A stretch of 64,000 bases of DNA, taken from assembly GCA_963733035.1 (NCBI GenBank), contig CAVTBU010000007.1:544001-608000 (forward strand), given 5' to 3'. Position numbers and translations under genes: made by a program. The stretch's first letter is position 1. Each line of letters starts with the position of its first letter. This DNA is from Pirellulales bacterium (GTDB lineage Bacteria; Planctomycetota; Planctomycetia; Pirellulales; PALSA-1355). Under the pieces are notes generated by a model. That model saw only the letters and a program-made list of their open reading frames with translations, was not told the origin of the DNA and did not search any database. Of the stretch, positions 31,589 through 44,050 are shown in pieces.

Positions 31589-34500
31589 AGGAACCTGCGC
31601 CATTATTTGCAAGAGCGTCAATCTCGCCTGGTTCTTCTTCAAATGGGGCATCGCCCTGGCGATCGTTGTTGCGCTGGCCGCGTCGCCGTTTTGGTATCAG
31701 AAAGTGTTCTTCCGGATCGAGGAAGAACTACGCGTTCGCGTGGAAGCGACGCTCGCCAAGCGGTTGGCGCACCTCGACATCCACATCCGCGCGGCGCACC
31801 TGGCCAACGACGGTATTGAAGTCCGTGGCCTGTCGATCTCCGAGCCGGGAGCCGAGGGTCCCCAAGGGGAACTGGCCTACTTCGACGTGGTCTTTCTCGA
31901 GTGCCGCACCAATCCGCAGGAACTGCTCAAGGGCGAACCGATCATCACCAGCGTGAAGATCAGCCGCCCGATTTTTCGCGCCACCCGGCGTCCCGATGGC
32001 ACGTACAGCCTGGAAAAGCTGTTTCCGCTACCCAAGCCCGAGGGTCCGCCACCAACGCTGTCGATTGAAGGTGGCTCGATCGAGATCTTTGATCCTCTCA
32101 AGAACCCCTCGAGCATGCTCGTGCTGCGCGACGTTCATCTGACGACCAGGCCGGTTGCCGCCGATGGGGCCGAGTGGCCCACGTTCGAATTGGCCGGATA
32201 CCTGATGGCCGATCACGTCCGACGCGTGGAATGGACCGGCACGCTCGATCCGAACGACGAGCGTTGGACGGTCAACGGCACGGTCGACGGCTTGGACCTT
32301 TCAGCACGACTGCGCGCCGACCTGCCGGCACCCGTGGCCGAGCAGCTCCAGGTGTTGTCCGGCTTCCATGCTCCGGCCAGTCTGCGGTTCAGCCTCTCGG
32401 GCGCGGGCGACCAGAGGCCGCAATTTGTGGTGGACGGGCGTGTGGAGCGGGGCCGCGTCGAGGATCCTCGGCTGCCGTATCCACTGACTGACGTACAGGG
32501 AGACTTCCATTTCGACAATCAAACGATCCGCCTCAATGACTTCACCGCGCGTGATGGCCCGACCGTGTGGACCTTGCGGCGGTTCGAGCAACGCGGCTAC
32601 GCGCCCAAGAGCCCGTTCGTGCTGGAGGGTGATGGCCAGGCCGTCCACTTGGATAACAAGTGGGCCGCGGCGCTGCCGGTCGACTGGCGCAAGTACTGGA
32701 ACTACTACGAGCCCCGCGGAGACGTGAATCTTCAAGGATCGTTGACATTCGACGGAGTCAAATATCATCCCAGGGTCGGAGCCAGTAGCATTCGAGGCCG
32801 GGAGAACGTCTCGTTCTTGTTCCATAAGTTTCCCTACCGCCTGGATCGCGCGGGGAACGCTCAGTTGGCGCGACGGCGAAATCAACCTCGCAATGGTCGG
32901 CTTCGCGGGACCGCAGCCTGTCACCCTAAGCGGCAACTTCCGGAATCCTGGCCCGGAATTCACCGGTGGAATTGAAATTCATGCGGAAAAAGTGCCGCTT
33001 GACGACAAGCTGTTTGCCGCCGTGTTGCATCCCAAAGCCCACGATGCGATCGTCTCGCTCAATCCCACCGGCACGTTTAACTTGGATGCGAGCCTGTGGC
33101 GAAACGACCCCGCGGTTCGCGAAATGGAAAAGTTCGTTCGCGTGCGGCTCGACTCTTCGAATCGTTGTTGCATCGCCTACGACAAGTTCCCCTACCCGAT
33201 CGACAATCTACAGGGTGAATTGACGCTCAAGGACGATATCTGGACGTTCCGAGACCTGGTGGGGGCCAACGGACCGGGCAGCATTCACTTGACCGGCAGA
33301 GTGGCAACGCAGCCCGACGGCGGGCCGATGCAAATCTATATCGGCGCCCAGCAGATCGAACTTGCCGAGGAGCTCCGCAACGCGCTACCACCGGGCATGC
33401 AGAGGCTGTGGAATGCCTTGCAGCCCTACGGTCGCGTCGATGTCACTTCAACGGTCGAGTTTGCGGCGCTGGGAGAAAAGCCACGCGTCTCGCTGCGGGC
33501 CTTTCCCAAGGACGACGCCACGTCCATCGGCACGTCGATCGAGCCGGTCGCGTTTCCCTATCGCATGCGACTGCTCGGCGGTTGGATTGACTACGAGGAC
33601 GGTCATGCCTGGTTGCACGAAATGCACGGCATTCACGGCACCACCGATGTGCACGCTGACGGAAATTGCCAGATCCAGCCCGATGGCGGCTGGCAGTTGG
33701 AACTGGCGAACCTGACGGCCGACCGCGTTCACTTGCAGGGCGACGACCACGAACTGTTTGCCGCGCTCCCCGAGACGTTGCGCCGTGCCGTTGCCGAACT
33801 CAAGCCCGGCAGTCCGATCAACCTGAGCGGTGCGGTCACACTGGCAAAAGTGCATCCAGAACGACCGCTTTTTGTGGGTTGGGACGTCGACCTGTCGATG
33901 TTCCAAGGGAGTTTGCAAGCAGGTCCACGTTTGGAGAACGTCTTCGGGCGCGTGCGGTTATACGGCGCGTGCAGCGGCCCCCAATTCTCCAGCCACGGCG
34001 AGTTGTTTGTCGACAGCGTCACTTACAAGAACTTTCAGTTCACCGGCGTCACCGGTCCGTTGTGGTTCGACAATTCCAATGTCTTTCTCGGCGCGGTCGG
34101 GCCGCTCGCGGCAGCCAATGCCGGCCCACCGCGCCGCATCACGGCGAAACTGCTCGGCGGCACACTTTCGGGCGACTGCCACGTGACGCTCGGCACCGGC
34201 ACGCAATATCGCGTGCCTCAATATCAACTTACAGCCACGCTCCAGGACGCAGACCTGGCGCAGTTCGCCCGTGAGAATCTGCCCGGCAACGAGCGGCTCA
34301 ATGGCAAGGTGGCCGCCGACATCCAGCTGCAGGGAACGCCCGGCCCGCGCAACCTGTCGGGCAGCGGGGCGATTCACCTCAGCGACGCCGACGTTTACGA
34401 TTTGCCGCTGATGGTTTCGCTACTGAAGATCGCCCGCGCCAAGGCCCCCGACACCACGGCCTTCACCCAGGCCGACATTGCCTTCGACATCCAGCAGGGG

Positions 34501-34833
34501 GAACACATCATCCTCAAACAAATCAATCTCGACGGCGACGCCATTAGCCTTTCTGGCAACGGCGAGCTCACGCTCGATGGTCAGAACAACCCGATTCGCA
34601 TGACCTTGCATACCTCCGGGGGCCGCCACGGCTTGCCGATCATCTCCGGCATGCTTAGCGAAGCCGGCAAACAAATCCTGTTGATTCACGTGGCGGGTAC
34701 CTTGGAACATCCCGAAACCCGCACCGAACCATTTCCGGTTGCCAACCAGGCACTACAGCAGTTGCAAGCCGATCCCGAGCAGCCGGCGTTCAAGCAAGCC
34801 GGCGGCTTTTGGAAATCGCTGGGGTTCCGCTAA
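31551..34833 (+). CDS. Large AsmA-like / beta-rich periplasmic protein; frameshift near 32850; start uncertain
   Basis: N-terminal TM, repeated (F/L)PY(P/R) motifs, C-terminal LSGNG...IHVAGTLEHP. Confidence 0.72.
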
Positions 34834-35001
34834 TTCAAAGGGCCGGGAGATGAACCGCCGCCACCGTAACGGTGTCGGTACAAATCAGAGGGAACGTGGC
34901 GCCCATCGATCGGGTTTGCCGCGGTTGGGAGCAAGATCTAGAATACCGGTTTGCAAACGTCGAAAGTGCCGGCAGAAGCTCACGTCGGAAAGTCCATTCG
35001 C

Positions 35002-35880
35002 ATGCAGTTCACCAAGATGCACGGTATCGGCAACGACTATGTCTACGTCGATTGCTTTCAAGAAGTCTTCCCTGCCGAGCCGGCCGAACTGGTGCGGCGG
35101 ATGTCTGACCGTCACTTTGGCATCGGTGGCGACGGTGTGATCTTCATCTGTCCGTCTGAGGTGGCCGACGCCCGCATGCGAATGTTCAATGCCGATGGAT
35201 CGGAGTCGGAAATGTGCGGCAACGGCATCCGCTGCGTCGCCAAGTACGTGTTCGACCACGACATCGCGAAGAAGGAACATCTGAAAATCGAGACCGGCGC
35301 CGGAGTCCTCGCCCTCGACCTGGAAATCGCCGCTGGCAAGGTCTCGCGCGTGCGGGTCGACATGGGCGCGCCAATCCTCGAACCGGCGGAGATCCCAGTT
35401 GCCCTGCCAGGTTTCAACGGCGAAAAGGTCGTCGACGTTCCGCTGGAGCTGTATGCCAGGCTCGAAAACTCCGATGGTTGGATCGAAGCCTTCGGTTTTG
35501 ACCCGCGAATGACTTGCGTGTCGATGGGCAATCCGCACCTGGTGCTCTATTGTCGCGACACGGCACGCGTGCCGCTCGAGCGCGTTGGGCCGCTGCTCGA
35601 GATGCTGCCGATCTTTCCGCGGCGGATCAACGTGCATTTCGTCGCCGTGCAATCAGGCGGCGAAGTCACGATGCGCACCTGGGAGCGCGGCACCGGCATC
35701 ACGCTGGCCTGCGGCACCGGCGCCAGCGCCGTCTGCGTAGCCGGCGTGCTCGCCGGACGTAGCGAGCGCAAAATTCTCGCCCATCTGCCCGGCGGCGACT
35801 TGGAACTCGAATGGGCGCTCGACGGTCACGTCTATATGACCGGCCCGGCTACGGAAGTTTTTAGCGGCAGGTGGCCCTAA
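35002..35880 (+). CDS. dapF: Diaminopimelate epimerase
   Basis: [42 protein letters not shown]. Confidence 0.96.
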   Translation: MQFTKMHGIGNDYVYVDCFQEVFPAEPAELVRRMSDRHFGIGGDGVIFICPSEVADARMRMFNADGSESEMCGNGIRCVAKYVFDHDIAKKEHLKIETGAGVLALDLEIAAGKVSRVRVDMGAPILEPAEIPVALPGFNGEKVVDVPLELYARLENSDGWIEAFGFDPRMTCVSMGNPHLVLYCRDTARVPLERVGPLLEMLPIFPRRINVHFVAVQSGGEVTMRTWERGTGITLACGTGASAVCVAGVLAGRSERKILAHLPGGDLELEWALDGHVYMTGPATEVFSGRWP

Positions 35881-35899
35881 TCCAACGGATGGAGTTTCG

Positions 35900-36703
35900 A
35901 TGGCAAGCAAGGCACGGAAGCGCCGCGGCAAACATACCAACTACCTGCTCGCCAAGTTCGGCGGACTGCTGGCCTCGGCCACGGTGCGAACTTGGATGTC
36001 GACGCTCGACTACCGGGTCTCATTTTATGACCCGACGGTCGACCCGATCGACCATCGCTGCCGTGGCCAGAAAATCTATATCTTTTGGCACGAGTACATT
36101 CTGTTTCCGCTGCACATGCGCGGGCATTCGAACCTCGCGATGCTGCTCAGCCGGCATCGCGACGCCGACATCCTGCTCGAAGTGGCCGGCCACATGGGAT
36201 TCGAGTTCGTGCGCGGTTCGAGCAACGCGGGCGGCGCCGCGGCAATCCGCGAACTGTTGCGCAAGAGCCGCTCGATGAATCTGGCCATCACGCCCGACGG
36301 TCCGCGCGGCCCACGCCGCGTGTTGGCTCAAGGGCCGGTGTATCTCTCGTCGAAGCTCGGCTTGCCGATCGTCGCGATGGGCTTCGGCTACAGCAACCCC
36401 TGGCGGCTGGGCAGTTGGGACCGTTTTGCCATTCCCAAGCCCTATTCGCACGCCCGCGCTGTCGTCAGTCCAGAGCTCAAGATCCCTCCGAATCTTGATC
36501 GCGAGGGTGTTGAACACTATCGACTGCAAGTCGAGCGGATGCTCAACCGCCTCACCTGCGAAGCCGAAGCTTGGGCCGATTCCGGCACGCAAAAGGTCAA
36601 CGAGCAAGTAGCCCTCCGCAAGCCAGCCTGGTGCAAGCTGCACAAAGAAGCCCTCGAAGAGGCGCCGCAGCCCAACGACGCCCCGCTGCGTCGGGCTGGT
36701 TGA
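35900..36703 (+). CDS. DUF374 / lysophospholipid acyltransferase family protein
   Basis: FWHE, SRHRDAD, VRGSS, ITPDGPRGP, SWDRF. Confidence 0.88.
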   Translation: MASKARKRRGKHTNYLLAKFGGLLASATVRTWMSTLDYRVSFYDPTVDPIDHRCRGQKIYIFWHEYILFPLHMRGHSNLAMLLSRHRDADILLEVAGHMGFEFVRGSSNAGGAAAIRELLRKSRSMNLAITPDGPRGPRRVLAQGPVYLSSKLGLPIVAMGFGYSNPWRLGSWDRFAIPKPYSHARAVVSPELKIPPNLDREGVEHYRLQVERMLNRLTCEAEAWADSGTQKVNEQVALRKPAWCKLHKEALEEAPQPNDAPLRRAG

Positions 36704-36795
36704 TGCGTCCTGGCCGGCCGCGCTGGTAAGGGATATATTGACGCCAGAGAAGTATTCCGCCTTCGCCCTTCCCTTTCCACTCGACTCTGCGTGTC

Positions 36796-38069
36796 ATGTC
36801 GTGCGACGATCTGTATTCGACCGGTGACGAGACGGACGCTGACCGTGTGCTGTCGGTCTCGCAGCTCACCGCCGAAATCAAGGGCATGCTCGAAGGCCGT
36901 TTCGGCGCCGTGTGGGTGAGTGGCGAGATCTCGAACTTCTCCCGTCCTCAATCCGGTCACTGTTACCTCACGCTCAAGGACGATGCGGCCCAAATTCGCG
37001 CCGTGATGTGGCGCAACACGGCTCGGGCCGCGCGGTTCGAGCTGCACGACGGACTCGAAGTCATTTGCCAGGGCTACCTCGACGTCTACGCCCCCCGCGG
37101 CAGCTACCAACTCGTCATTCAAAAGATCGAACCCAAGGGGTTGGGCGCACTTGAACGCGCTCTTCGCTTGCTGCGCGAGAAGTTGGCGGCCGATGGTCTG
37201 TTCGCTCCCGAGCGCAAGCGCCCCTGCCCCGCTTCCCGCGCCGCATTGCGTTCGTAACCAGCCCGACCGGCGCCGCCGTGCGTGATTTTCTCGAAGTCCT
37301 TCGCCGGCGTTGGCGCGATGTGCACGTGTTGATCGTGCCGGTGCGCGTGCAAGGCGACGGCGCGGCCGCCGAAATCGCCGCCGGCATCGAACTTGTCAAC
37401 CGGTTGAGCGATCCGGTCGACGTTCTGGTGGTTGGTCGCGGCGGCGGCAGCCTGGAAGACTTATGGGCGTTCAACGAGGAACTCGTCGTCCGGGCAATTC
37501 ATGCCTCGCGGATCCCGGTGGTCTCGGCCGTGGGACACGAGATCGACGTCACGCTTTCGGACCTGGTCGCCGACGTCCGCGCGCTCACGCCCAGCGAAGC
37601 GGCCGAGCGAGTCGTTCCCGCGGCCGACGAGATGCGTGAGTTTCTTCATCGCCAACAGCAGCGGCTCGCGGCCGCGCTCAAGGGGCGCTTCAACCTGGCG
37701 CGCACGCGCGTCGACGGCGTGGCCAACTGCCGCGTGTTTCGCCGTCCGCTCGAACGCGTGCAATTATTCGGTCGCCGGCTCGATGAACTGCAATCGCGCG
37801 CTGCGCGGGCGGTCGATCGCCGCGTCGAGGTGGCCAAGGCCAGCCTGCAGGAGAAGGCCGCGCAGCTCGATTCGCTCAGTCCGCTGGGCGTGCTGGCCCG
37901 CGGCTACAGCTTGACGACGCGGGTTCCTGGCGGCGAAATTGTCGGTGCGGCGCAGCAAGTTTCCGAAGGCGAATTGTTACGCACGCGACTGGCGGCCGGA
38001 GAACTGGTCAGTCGCGTGGAACGGATCGAGCTGCCCAGAAAGGCCAAACGGAAAGTCACCGACCTATGA
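36796..38069 (+). CDS. xseA: Exodeoxyribonuclease VII large subunit; 1-nt deletion in the C-run at 37221-37224
   Basis: [46 protein letters not shown]. Confidence 0.93.
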
Positions 38070-38434
38070 GCGACGCGCAGCAACCAGGCAAATCCGAATC
38101 CCCCGCTTCGTTCGAAGAGGCGCTCGAGCGGCTCGAGGATATCGTCGAAGCACTCGAGGAGGGGCAGATTCCCTTGGCCGAATCGCTGGCCCGCTACGAG
38201 GAAGGCATCAAGCTGCTCAAGCAGTGCTACCAGTCGCTATCAGCGGCCGAGCGGAAGATCGAGTTGTTAAGTCGTGTCGATTCCGCGGGTCAAGCACAAA
38301 GCGAGCCCTTTGACGATTCCGCGCTTTCTTTAGAAGAAAAGGCGCAGTCGCGTTCGCGCCGCCGCTCAAGAAATCCAAATTCTGACGCGCCGGCAGGCGG
38401 CGACGAGATAGACGGACCGGGGCGGCTCTTTTAG
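38066..38434 (+). CDS. xseB: Exodeoxyribonuclease VII small subunit
   Basis: [13 protein letters not shown]...[11 protein letters not shown]; gene order. Confidence 0.93.
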   Translation: MSDAQQPGKSESPASFEEALERLEDIVEALEEGQIPLAESLARYEEGIKLLKQCYQSLSAAERKIELLSRVDSAGQAQSEPFDDSALSLEEKAQSRSRRRSRNPNSDAPAGGDEIDGPGRLF

Positions 38435-38495
38435 AATGGATGGGCCGCCGCTGGCCTGCGGCAAACGATTCCAGCAATCGCCGCCGAGCCTTTGA

Positions 38496-39395
38496 GTGAT
38501 GGTCGACAGCGCCACGTTCTCTCTTGATTGCTATAGCCGCCAAGCGCGCGAGCGCATCGATGGCGCGCTCGAAAGATACACGCACTTCGATCGCGGTTGC
38601 CCGCCAACCTTGACCCAGGCGATTCGCTACAGCCTGCTCGCGCCAGGCAAGCGGCTGCGGCCGATGCTCGTGCTATTGGCCGCGGAAGCCTGCGGAGGCG
38701 ATCCGCCCGCGGCCATGCCGGCGGCTTGCGCGGTGGAAATGGTGCATGCCTATTCGCTCGTGCACGACGACCTGCCGGCAATGGACGACGATGATTTGCG
38801 CCGCGGCCGACCGACTTGTCACAAGGCGTTTGGCGAGGCCGTGGCCATTCTGACCGGCGACGCGCTGTTGACGTTGGCCTTCGAGGTCTTGGCCCGCGAC
38901 GTTCAGCCCCCGGCCGTGGCGGCTCGGTGCTGTGCGCTGCTGGCTCGGGCCGCCGGTGGCTCGGAACTGGTCGGCGGGCAGGCCGACGATCTGGCTGGTG
39001 AGTTTTCCGAAGGCGGCATTGAGGCGCTGGAGGCCATTCATCGTCGCAAAACCGGGGCCATGTTCCTGGTTTCGCTCGAATTGGGGGCCACCGTGGCCGG
39101 CGCCGACAAACAACAGTTAGCGGCGCTCAAGAAATACGGTCAGTGTTTAGGGCTCGCGTTTCAAATTACCGACGATTTGCTCGACGTCCGCGGACAGACC
39201 GAGGAGATGGGCAAACGCGTGGGCAAGGATTCGGATCGCGGCAAATTGACGTTTCCCGGCATACTCGGAATTGAGGAGAGCACGCGGCGAGCCGAGGCAC
39301 TCGTCGCGGAGGCCTGCTCAGCCCTGCAGACTTTCGAGCCCCAGGCTCAAGGTCTCCAGTCGCTGGCTCAATACGTGCTCAACAGGAATCACTAA
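38496..39395 (+). CDS. ispA: Polyprenyl (farnesyl) diphosphate synthase
   Basis: GKRLRP, HDDLPAMDDDDLRRG, FQITDDLLD. Confidence 0.93.
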   Translation: MMVDSATFSLDCYSRQARERIDGALERYTHFDRGCPPTLTQAIRYSLLAPGKRLRPMLVLLAAEACGGDPPAAMPAACAVEMVHAYSLVHDDLPAMDDDDLRRGRPTCHKAFGEAVAILTGDALLTLAFEVLARDVQPPAVAARCCALLARAAGGSELVGGQADDLAGEFSEGGIEALEAIHRRKTGAMFLVSLELGATVAGADKQQLAALKKYGQCLGLAFQITDDLLDVRGQTEEMGKRVGKDSDRGKLTFPGILGIEESTRRAEALVAEACSALQTFEPQAQGLQSLAQYVLNRNH

Positions 39396-39398
39396 CTG

Positions 39399-41306
39399 AT
39401 GGATAAGCTGCTTTCCAAAATCGAGTCGCCGCGCGACCTGCAAAAACTCAGCACCGCGGAGTTGGAAGAGCTCGCACGCGAGATGCGCGAAGTGCTCTGC
39501 AACCTGGTGTCGAACCGCACGGCGCACTTCGCGTCGAACCTGGGCGTTGTCGAACTCTGCCTGGCGCTGCACACCGAGTTCGACTTCAGCCACGATCGAC
39601 TGATTTGGGACACCGGCCATCAGATCTATCCGCACAAGCTGATCACTGGCCGCTATACCGAGTTCGGCACCATGCGGTCGAAGGGCGGCCTGATGGGTTA
39701 CCCCAATCCGCACGAAAGCGATTACGACCTGTTCATGACCGGCCACGCCGGCTGCAGCGTCTCGACAACGCTCGGCCTCAAGAGCGGCGATCATTTGCTC
39801 GGCCGCGACGACCGCCACGCCGTCTGTGTTATCGGCGACGGTGCGTTTCCCTCGGGCATCGTGTACGAAGCCATGAACAACGCCGGCGGCCTGGGGCTGA
39901 ACCTGCTGGTAATCTTGAACGACAATCAGATGTCGATCTGCCCTCGGGTCGGTGGCCTGGGGCAGTATCTCGATCGACTCCGCGTCAACACGCTCTACAC
40001 GGGTCTCAAGAGCGAAGTGCTCAAGATGCTCAACAAGGTGCCGCTGCTGGGCGATCCGGCCGAGCGGTTTCTGGCACAGCTCAAGGAATCGATCAAGGCC
40101 GGCCTGCACGGCGGCATGCTGTTCGAGGAGCTTAACTTCCGCTACATCGGACCAGTCGACGGCCACAATGTTGGCCAATTGCGCAAGTATTTGACCATGG
40201 TCAAGGATGTGCCCGGCCCGGTACTGTTGCACGTGGTCACCGAAAAGGGACACGGCTTTCAGCCCGCGGCCGAGGATCCGGTGTTTTTCCATACGCCGGC
40301 GCCCTTCACGCGCGCCGAAGAGCGAGTCCTGGAATTCAAAAAGAGCTCGTCGAAGGCCTATACGAACATTATCAGTGAATCGATCTCCGAGCAGATGGCC
40401 GCCAACCCCAAGGTCACGGTAATGACTGCGGCCATGTGTCAGGGCACCAAGCTCGAGAAGGTGCGACAGCAATATCCCGAGCGGTTCTTTGACACCGGCA
40501 TTTGCGAATCGCACACCGTGGCCTTTGCCGCCGGTCAGGCCAAGGCCGGCCTGCGTCCCATCGTTGACATCTATAGCACCTTCCTGCAGCGCAGCTACGA
40601 TCAGATTTTCCAGGAAGTGGCGCTGCAGAACTTGCCGGTTACGTTCGTGCTCGATCGCTCGGGACTGGTCGGTGCCGACGGCCCGACGCATCACGGCGCG
40701 TTCGACGTCGGCTACATGCGATTGTTCCCGAACATGGTCGTGATGGCGCCTGGCGACGAGTCGGACGCCCGCGCGATGCTCGACTTTGCCCTCGCGCACG
40801 ACGGTCCTACCTCGATCCGCTATCCCAAGGCCACGGCCCAAACGATCGAAGGCACCCGCACTTCCGTTGAATTAGGCCGCGCCGAAGTGCTCGACTGGGG
40901 GCACGACGGCATGCTGATTGGCTGCGGCACGTTGGTCAACGAGTGCATCAAGGCCGCCGCCAGGCTGCGTGAAGACGGCCTCGACGTCGGCGTGATCAAT
41001 GCCCGCTTCGTCAAACCGCTCGATACCGAAACGATTGTGCGGGCAATCGCCAGCAGCCCGTTTGTGGTCACGGTTGAAGAGTCGATGTTGATGACCGGCT
41101 TTGGCAGCGCCGTGCTCGAGGCCGCTAACGACGCCGGCCAATCGACGGCCCACGTCCGCCGCCTGGGCATTCCCGATCGTTACATTGAGCACGCCGAGCG
41201 AAGCGAACAGCTAGCCGACCTGGGCCTCGACGCCGCCGGCATCGCCGAAACCTGCCGCGAGTTGGCAGCCGAGGTCGGAACGAATAAGGCCCGCCGCGTG
41301 AGCTAG
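39399..41306 (+). CDS. dxs: 1-deoxy-D-xylulose-5-phosphate synthase
   Basis: WDTGHQ, GDGA...NDN, GPVDGH, DGPTHHG, NARFVKPLD. Confidence 0.96.
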   Translation: MDKLLSKIESPRDLQKLSTAELEELAREMREVLCNLVSNRTAHFASNLGVVELCLALHTEFDFSHDRLIWDTGHQIYPHKLITGRYTEFGTMRSKGGLMGYPNPHESDYDLFMTGHAGCSVSTTLGLKSGDHLLGRDDRHAVCVIGDGAFPSGIVYEAMNNAGGLGLNLLVILNDNQMSICPRVGGLGQYLDRLRVNTLYTGLKSEVLKMLNKVPLLGDPAERFLAQLKESIKAGLHGGMLFEELNFRYIGPVDGHNVGQLRKYLTMVKDVPGPVLLHVVTEKGHGFQPAAEDPVFFHTPAPFTRAEERVLEFKKSSSKAYTNIISESISEQMAANPKVTVMTAAMCQGTKLEKVRQQYPERFFDTGICESHTVAFAAGQAKAGLRPIVDIYSTFLQRSYDQIFQEVALQNLPVTFVLDRSGLVGADGPTHHGAFDVGYMRLFPNMVVMAPGDESDARAMLDFALAHDGPTSIRYPKATAQTIEGTRTSVELGRAEVLDWGHDGMLIGCGTLVNECIKAAARLREDGLDVGVINARFVKPLDTETIVRAIASSPFVVTVEESMLMTGFGSAVLEAANDAGQSTAHVRRLGIPDRYIEHAERSEQLADLGLDAAGIAETCRELAAEVGTNKARRVS

Positions 41307-41589
41307 GCGAGCGTCGTTCGGCCGTCGGCTCCGTGCGCGTACGTATTTCGTCTTAGGCGACCGTGGCTCATGCACCGCGCCATGTTCCAACCGACCTGTA
41401 TCGGGCCGGTTTCTTTTTGCGCTCCGCTAGATTCTTCTAGTCGTAAGTCGCTCGGCGAACGAATCTCAGAAATTAGCTCGTGAAATCGGGCCAGCACTTC
41501 GGTTAGAGTCGGACCCACACGCGACGGAAACGTTGGCACGCGATTGTTTGGCGTCGCCGACTGGTTCGCATTGCCGAAGGAGCTTTCCC

Positions 41590-42324
41590 ATGGTGCCCGA
41601 CGACGAATTCGAATCGAAGGACAAGTCCGCCCGCGACGCTCCGAGCGATAGCCAGACCGGCGCGGGGCCGGCCGACATTGCCCAAGCGGGCTCGGGAGAC
41701 GTCACCCAGCAAGACACCGGGCCGGTCGCGTCCGAGGCCGTACCGACCGTGGTTCCGTTGCCGAACGAGCCGGTCGCCGCGTCCGATGCCTCCGCCATGC
41801 CGGCAAGCACCTCAGGCGATCCACCGGCGTCGACGGTGCCGCCCGCGGGGTCGCCGCCAGATGAGCGGCAGATTTTCATCGGCTATCGCCCGCAAGCGTC
41901 GCCCCCGAGTCCGCCGGCGACATCCGTTCCCGCGGTCCGGTTGATCTCGAGCCCGGCCGAGCACACCTTCTCCGCTGCGTCGCCGGCCCGGGGCACTCGG
42001 CGCGAGTATGAGTTGCCGATTGGCCCGGCTGCCAACAACGAAACCGATCCGGCGGATCGGCTCTTTCCGCCCGAATTGGCCCAGCGCCCCGCGCCCCCCG
42101 GCCACACCTATCCGGCTGGATCGACAGCGCAAGCGATTCCCCGGATCCAGGTATTGGTCACGCTGGCCAACGCCCGTGCTCTGTTTGATGAAGCGTTGGA
42201 ACTGGCGACCGAGAAGACGGCGCCAAGGTTTCACAAGATCGTGCAGTTCGAACTGGCCCAGGCTGAATTCGACCGCAAGTCGGCGGCCCGCGCGGCGGAC
42301 TATCGGCTGCGCGGCCCTTCGTAG
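41590..42324 (+). CDS. Pro/Ser/Ala-rich hypothetical protein with a short helical C-terminal domain
   Basis: RBS AAGGAG before ATG 41590; low-complexity N-terminus. Confidence 0.6.
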   Translation: MVPDDEFESKDKSARDAPSDSQTGAGPADIAQAGSGDVTQQDTGPVASEAVPTVVPLPNEPVAASDASAMPASTSGDPPASTVPPAGSPPDERQIFIGYRPQASPPSPPATSVPAVRLISSPAEHTFSAASPARGTRREYELPIGPAANNETDPADRLFPPELAQRPAPPGHTYPAGSTAQAIPRIQVLVTLANARALFDEALELATEKTAPRFHKIVQFELAQAEFDRKSAARAADYRLRGPS

Positions 42325-42439
42325 CGCCCCCCCCGCGTATCGGCTGATTTCGTTCCTCTTCGCATTCCCGATGCGACCGCGGCTCGAAGTGTGCGCTTCT
42401 GGTCGTGTGTGATTGTGCTGTGCGCCGGTGGCCAGTTTC

Positions 42440-44050
42440 ATGGACCAAATCTATCCCTACGAGATACGCGAGTTTTTTCGTCTGTTAGGGCGCCTGTGGC
42501 TCGAGCGCATCGACGCCGAGCTATGGAAATTCGCCCAGGCACTCGACGGGTGGTTGTACGACCTGGCCGCCCACCCCACGCCGCACTGGCGCAAGAACTT
42601 CGAAGCCTTTCTCGCCGAGCAACGCACCGCCGGCCGCGAACTAACTCCCGAGAGCCGCGCGGAATTGCTGGCATATCTCGAAACATGGCCGGGCCAGGCG
42701 GCTGAGCAGAGCGAAGCGGCAACCGAACGACAAGCCGTCCATCAACCATCAAGTCCCGGTACCACGCCCCCGCGCAAGCATGGTCGGTTTGCAAACCGCA
42801 AAACGTACCGCCGGATGAGCGACGACGAGGCATTGTTCAACCGCAAGCTGACCGAAGCGAAGCGCTGCTTGGACGACCTCGAAAAAGTGCTCGCGGCACT
42901 GGCGGACAAGGTCGACGCGGCCGACGAGGGCGCGGAGATCGAAGTCGAGCCCGTAGTCGACGAGGTCGACGATCTGATTTGGCGGCACAACGACGCGCTC
43001 GAGAGTGCGCGAGAAGCCTGGCTGCGCGGCGACTTAGGCGGCAACACGTTCGACCAGCTGATGCGGATGCCGACCCCGGTCTCGCTCTGGCTGCCGATGT
43101 TCACCGACGAGTCGCAAGCCAAACGAGCGCAGGCCCAGTGGAAAAAGATTGGTAAGCGCCTGAACGAGCGGATCACGTTTCTCGACAACGTGATCTTCGC
43201 CATGCAGGTAACGGAGATGGCTGGCACGGCCGCCAGTTATGCCCTGACGGGCGGAGTTCTCATCTCGGCCTTCAAGCAAGGCGGCAAAATCCTGCTCGTG
43301 AAGACGGTTGCCAAGATGGCCGTCGGAGGTGCGGTCTCCTACGGGGTCGGCAAGGCCGTCGAAGCCGGCCTGCGAGCGGCTGGCGTCAGCGAAGAAACCA
43401 TCAGCGCCGTCCAAAAATCCGCCGAGATTGTCACCTGGTTGCTGACGCTACGAAAGATCCACAATTCATTGCCGCAATCGGCTGAAGCCCTTGCCAAGGC
43501 CGCGAAACGAAAAATAGCGACAAGGACTCCGGCGTCGCCAAAAGAATCGTTGCCAAGAGCCGTCCAGCCCAAACCAGTTACCGGTCCCCTCAAAAACCCA
43601 AGCGGCGACCCCGAGATCGCCGCGGCGAAAGCGCGGACTTATCCGTACCCAGCGAGGCCAGTGCGGCCGCTGCAAAAGAAGACATATCCGCCTCGGCCGC
43701 CCCGGAAAAAGACGCATCCGCCCATCGAGGGAACCGTCGATAGGCCGAGAACCGAGCACCACACGTTTCTGCAGAAGGCAATTGCTGAGGAAATGCAGTC
43801 CACTGGCGACTATACAAAAGTTACCATGAGAATGAAGCTGAGTAAGATTTCTGGTGTCAAACACAACCCGGACATCGAACCCGACAACATTGGGGTACAT
43901 GCCGACGGGCGAATCGACATTTTTGAGATTCTGAGCCCAGGGCAAAAACGAACAAAACTCGAAGAGAAGCTGCTACATGCATTGAGCGAAATGCCGCCGG
44001 CTATTCGAGGAGGTTTTCGCATCGTCGATCCCAAGGACGCATTTCAATGA
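42440..44050 (+). CDS. Candidate polymorphic toxin with a C-terminal PD-(D/E)XK-like nuclease
   Basis: Helical N-terminus, Gly/Ala hydrophobic segment, Pro/Lys linker, then EPDNIGVHADGRIDIFEILSPGQ. Confidence 0.6.
   Translation: MDQIYPYEIREFFRLLGRLWLERIDAELWKFAQALDGWLYDLAAHPTPHWRKNFEAFLAEQRTAGRELTPESRAELLAYLETWPGQAAEQSEAATERQAVHQPSSPGTTPPRKHGRFANRKTYRRMSDDEALFNRKLTEAKRCLDDLEKVLAALADKVDAADEGAEIEVEPVVDEVDDLIWRHNDALESAREAWLRGDLGGNTFDQLMRMPTPVSLWLPMFTDESQAKRAQAQWKKIGKRLNERITFLDNVIFAMQVTEMAGTAASYALTGGVLISAFKQGGKILLVKTVAKMAVGGAVSYGVGKAVEAGLRAAGVSEETISAVQKSAEIVTWLLTLRKIHNSLPQSAEALAKAAKRKIATRTPASPKESLPRAVQPKPVTGPLKNPSGDPEIAAAKARTYPYPARPVRPLQKKTYPPRPPRKKTHPPIEGTVDRPRTEHHTFLQKAIAEEMQSTGDYTKVTMRMKLSKISGVKHNPDIEPDNIGVHADGRIDIFEILSPGQKRTKLEEKLLHALSEMPPAIRGGFRIVDPKDAFQ

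Noticed and set aside
41534..41549. Sigma-54 promoter TGGCACGCGATTGTT
   Set aside because: No GC at the -12 position with correct spacing.
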